Shown one piece after another: positions 59,601 through 64,000 of a DNA stretch of 64,000 bases. Positions within the stretch are counted from its first letter, which is position 1; every line of letters begins with the position of its first letter. Source of the stretch: Daphnia carinata (lineage: Eukaryota); NCBI RefSeq assembly GCF_022539665.2, contig NC_081331.1, positions 2,294,001-2,358,000 of the forward strand. The letters run 5' to 3'. Both the position numbers and the translations under genes were made by a program. Under the pieces are notes generated by a model, which was given only the letters and a program-made list of their open reading frames with translations, had not been told where the DNA came from and did no database searches.

Positions 59601-62600
59601 TATCGATTTTGGGAAGATGAGGAAATTCCGTTGTTACATAACGATGGACACCAAACACTTGCACGATTTTCCTTGACAGTTTTTTTTTTGTGGCGGTGAT
59701 CCCCCCTCTCTTTTGACAGATGATAAGGTAAACAAACAAAACAAAGATATTTTTAAAAATGCCACAGGGAGAGAAGAGCAAAACGGTGAGCGACTTTCCA
59801 AGCCAACGGCCGACGGGCAACTGATTCAAAGGAGCGGACGGGCGTTACGTTGCTACCGCATGTATACACAGTGATATCTCTCCCCTTAGTTGAGGAATTT
59901 CTCGTATCTCCAGGAGAGAGATGGAAGGAGAAAACGGCTGAGTAAATAATGTGGCTTACCTTGTTCAATGAAATGATCGCAATCATCGGACACACTTTTC
60001 GGTTGCTACCGCATTTACAAACCACACGTAGCGGCATTTAAGTACTTCAGACAAAAAAAAAAAAAAACATTAAAACTCCCGTAATATTGGGAAGAGCTTT
60101 TTCCTCGAACATTCAAATAGGACGAATTAACACCTAGCCTAATTCAATTTCCTACATAATTCTGTATTGCGTGACTGAGTCTAAATGTTTCACCTACTTT
60201 ATCGCAATCTCGTGTACCATCGGGTAACATAGACTACAGTTCATCCTTTAAAACACTAGTGATAAGGCACATACCCTGATGTCTATTGCCGATAAAAATC
60301 TACAGCTGTTTAACTTTTCATTCAAATCTCTGTTTATTTTTTATCAAACGTTTGTTTATCTTTACTGGAATTAAATAGTTTCTATTTCTTCTAGACAACA
60401 ATATTTTTTTTGTGGAAAAAAAAAAAGGTCTCCAGTTCGTGTTCGACGACGCAACACTATAAAGAGAGTGTTCTGTTACACGAAACACCAGGTGACTCGA
60501 TTGAATGAACGCCAACACTAACAGCGAGCATCGTCCTCTGTTACGGTGGCTGGTTCGTCATCTAATCGCCGATTCGCTTCGACACCTTTTTTTCTTCGTC
60601 GTCGTTCGTAACGGTTAAGGTTCTTTTCTTCTTCGTTGATGTCAAAGCAAGTGGCTTTTTTGACTACAGGAAAAAAAAAAAACGTTCTCTTTTTCTCGCC
60701 ATCACCCTTCACCACCCCGTGTTATTGTGGCGGTTTACGGGCAGGAGGCGACACCATCTTCCGCGCACGACTGTATGTTCTTATACAGTCCAGTGAATAT
60801 ATTTAAACTATTTTTTTTCTTTATTCCGACTAGAATTAGATTTAGCCTATATGACGAAGCGAATTTAATTCTTTTTTTTTTTGCACGGTGCAAATCGGTA
60901 TGTTTTTAGAAAAATAAAATGAGGATGAAAAGAAAAGACATCGTCACGATAACAACTTGTCCTGAGGACCCCCTTTTAAAAGGATGCCAATTTTCCCACA
61001 TGTTGTGTGTTTATCCAAACATAACGAGAAAAAACATGTCACTCGAAGACTATAATCCACAAAAAATGTTCAATGGCCTGATGAATCGCATTCGACTTTC
61101 GCCTCGGTCGTAAAAGTAAATTGCCACTAGCGAGTATTACCAATTTCACGAAACGCCGACTCGTCACATTCTCTTTTTTTTTAGAGACACCTTTTATGGA
61201 TGCATCCTTCGATGGAGTGCAATAACTTTTGTCGAGAGTTTAAATTCGAGGCTGACCTTTAGCCACGTAGTCATAAATCAAATGTTCTATTTATTTTAGC
61301 TCATCCCCTCAAATGGATTTATAATGTATTAACGGTTTCCAATTTTCATTTGCTTTGTGATGATGTCTTTGAATATTCCCACTTGCGTAACCTCGTTCTA
61401 CTTTAGTTTTCCCTATCCGAAACGTTTTATGTCCTTCATTTTCACGAAACGTTTTTATTACTAGATGTAGAACAAATGATTTAATTTTTTTTTGTTTAAA
61501 AGCTATATTTAAACGATTCAACCAAGATTACCGTTACAAGGTTTATCTATCTCCTAGGGACAACCTCTCTTAGCGGGTCAGAGGATGGCCCTGCCGTCAA
61601 ACAAATCGTTATCAGTCTCCCTTTTTTGCTCTCCTTCAACAAAATTCTTCACTTTTGAAGTTTGTTGGTGAAGTAAAACAATACCTGACAGGTCGCTGTT
61701 CCATTATACGTGTGGAACATCACAAAAAAGTAGTTTTTAATATATTTTGATAATAATGTTTTGTCTTCTGTATGACCGACTGAACCCAAAAACATTGAGA
61801 CGAAAGAGCTTGCAAGGTGTCAGCGTGAATAGCAATTTTCATCCAATTTCAAATGTTACGCTCGTCATTTGTGACGTGTACTGTTACGAATTTCAAAACT
61901 ATTTAGAGACGAGCAAAAAAAAAAAAATGAAATAGCCGAAAATAAATTCTTGTAACACACGAAAAGCTGTTTATACTTATTCAACGATTCCATTTGACAA
62001 ACAAGAAGACGTGGCTGGGCAGTGGAGGAGGGCACAGACATTTGCATTACGGGATTTAACAGCAATATATAAGACAGACACGAGCATGCAGAAAAAAAAA
62101 ATAAGGGGAGGTGGCGTTCCATCAATGCGGTTACTGTCGTTGGTTTTGTTGCGTATTTGATGGAATCTCATCATTCTAAAACATGTTTTGAGAAAAAAAT
62201 TTATGTCACAAAACAAAAAAGAAGACCTATGTCTTTTTCACGCCTGTCGACTCAAATACGCGTGTAGCGTAACAAAAGCGAAAAGCTAAACAATAGTGGC
62301 CACATTTACATCTGGCGATGCCAAGGTTCAAAACGTTGTGCTTTATTAAAGAGAGAGAAAAAAAAAGACGGGTATGTATAATGCTAAAGCAATTCAAAGA
62401 ATTTAGAATGAGAAAAGGAGAAAATTCGTTTACGCTATTTCGTAATGTGGCGAATCAGTTAAGTGCGTTGATTTGAATGCAGCCTGTGAGTGCGGTGGCC
62501 AACATTGGCGATGTCCAGTCGATGTCTGAATCCAGCAAGGATACCTCTTCCGGTCACGAGCCCCTGATGATAATGCATAGCGAAACGACGTTGATGGGCA

Positions 62601-64000
62601 AAATGTCCTGGCGACCGATGCGGGACAAGGTGTGTAATCGCATAATTCGCCTGAAAAAAAAAATAACAATTCAATCGACTGCATCTACAAGTCACGAATA
62701 ATAATTATTTTTATTTTTCTCGCATTTTTTCCCATTCATACTAGCTGGAAATATATGGGGCAGATGTCAGCTGTTTGTTGCCGACACCGTTTCTTTTCTT
62801 TTGCGTCATAAAAGTAGGGAGGGCTCATTAAATCTCTATTGCCGTGTGTATGGCCGGACATTGAACGAAATGGCCACACTTAATCCATCGCACATTAAGG
62901 GATCCGTTAAATAGCAAATTGCGTTAGCCCAATAATGAGAAAACATTAAAGTTTTTTTGTTTTTTTTTTCGTATCGAACCGGAACCCACATTGGACATTA
63001 GCAAAGTCGATGTGATTTGTTATCGGCCTTTCGCACACTTTTGGAAAACGTGGTTGTGCGCTTTCCCACACGCAATCAGCACCGCCGGGAACAAAATGTA
63101 AATGTTGAAAAAAAAAGGACGTAACACCACACTATATCCAATGCGGTAGTTGGCGGTGATTAACGATAACTGCCTTTTCACTCCCAGCCCCTGCTATAGT
63201 TAAAAGAGAACTCACGAAAAGGAATCAAGATGTTAAATAAAAATCCCGCCCCGCTTTCCTTTGGATTCCCACATCGGCCGCTATAATTGCGTTCGCAATC
63301 ATGTTTCTCGGAGGTCTTTTACGTCTAAATTCCTTGTAATTCTATTATGCATTCGGCTGCTCGTTTACAACAAAAGATTTTCATTCGATTCCCCCTTTTT
63401 TTAACGTTAATATTTGTGAAATCGAATTATAGCGCGTCACGTTCTTTGTCGACATTTACAGGATTGAGTTCAGAGACCGTTCAACGTGAAAACCGTTAAA
63501 AATCTGAGATAGTCTCTTATACTATTATTGCCGCTCGACGTATTGTTGTGACTTGTGAGAAAATCATCGGAAAAACCAATGAATGGAATTTCCTTTTTTT
63601 TTTCACAAGAAAAGCCGGTCCATTGTTCCGTCGCCCTCCTAGAGACCAGCGGAGACGGGCCATTCAGCGCAGTCTACCGCAGTTTCAACTCGTCGATTTT
63701 TGTTTATCCTCTCACGATCTAGTCTCTCTCAAGAAAGGTGATGAGTACGCTTAAAAAAAAAAATAAATTCGCCTAGATAATAAGATAAGAAGTACCTTGG
63801 AAATTGGGCGGACAAAAACAAGTAAAATATCCAGGCGCTGCGTGAGAGTTGTCGACACAGCGGCCACCGTTTTTGCACGGATTGGAAGCGCAGTAGGTTC
63901 CCATTAGTCCCGCCGCTCCTTCGTTCATTGTTTTGTCGACTCGCGTCACGTCACCCTGTAAATGTAAACATTGCGTACTTTGAATCGATACGGTTCGTAA

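Noticed and set aside
62430..62701. GC-richer segment with three overlapping ORFs and a minus-strand acceptor-like site
   Set aside because: No recognisable peptide in any frame and no partner exon identified. It could be a UTR exon but cannot be supported from sequence alone.

Overview
AT-rich animal genomic DNA with short (about 50-100 nt) GT-AG introns. Intron size, composition and gene set suggest a compact crustacean genome such as Daphnia (inference, not verified). Seven host genes are recognisable from motifs: a DHHC palmitoyltransferase (+), an OATP/SLCO transporter (-), a Tret1-like sugar porter (+), an EGFL7/8-like secreted protein with two candidate alternative first exons (+), TDP2 (-), Rab32/38 with a long N-terminal exon (+) and a class III kinase-myosin (-). 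Positions 1-6700 and 57000-64000 appear non-coding. The most striking structure is a 5.0-kb palindromic (foldback) element at 11633-16643. It has AT|GGC...GCC|AT ends and is nested in an older repeat with the same kind of terminus. Each arm carries an inward-facing 5-exon gene that the ORF track does not show; the left copy is open (162 aa) and the right copy is broken. The arms also hold a GC-rich hairpin cluster, and the central spacer holds three degenerate tRNA-like units facing outward into both arms. All alignments and exon boundaries were read by eye.
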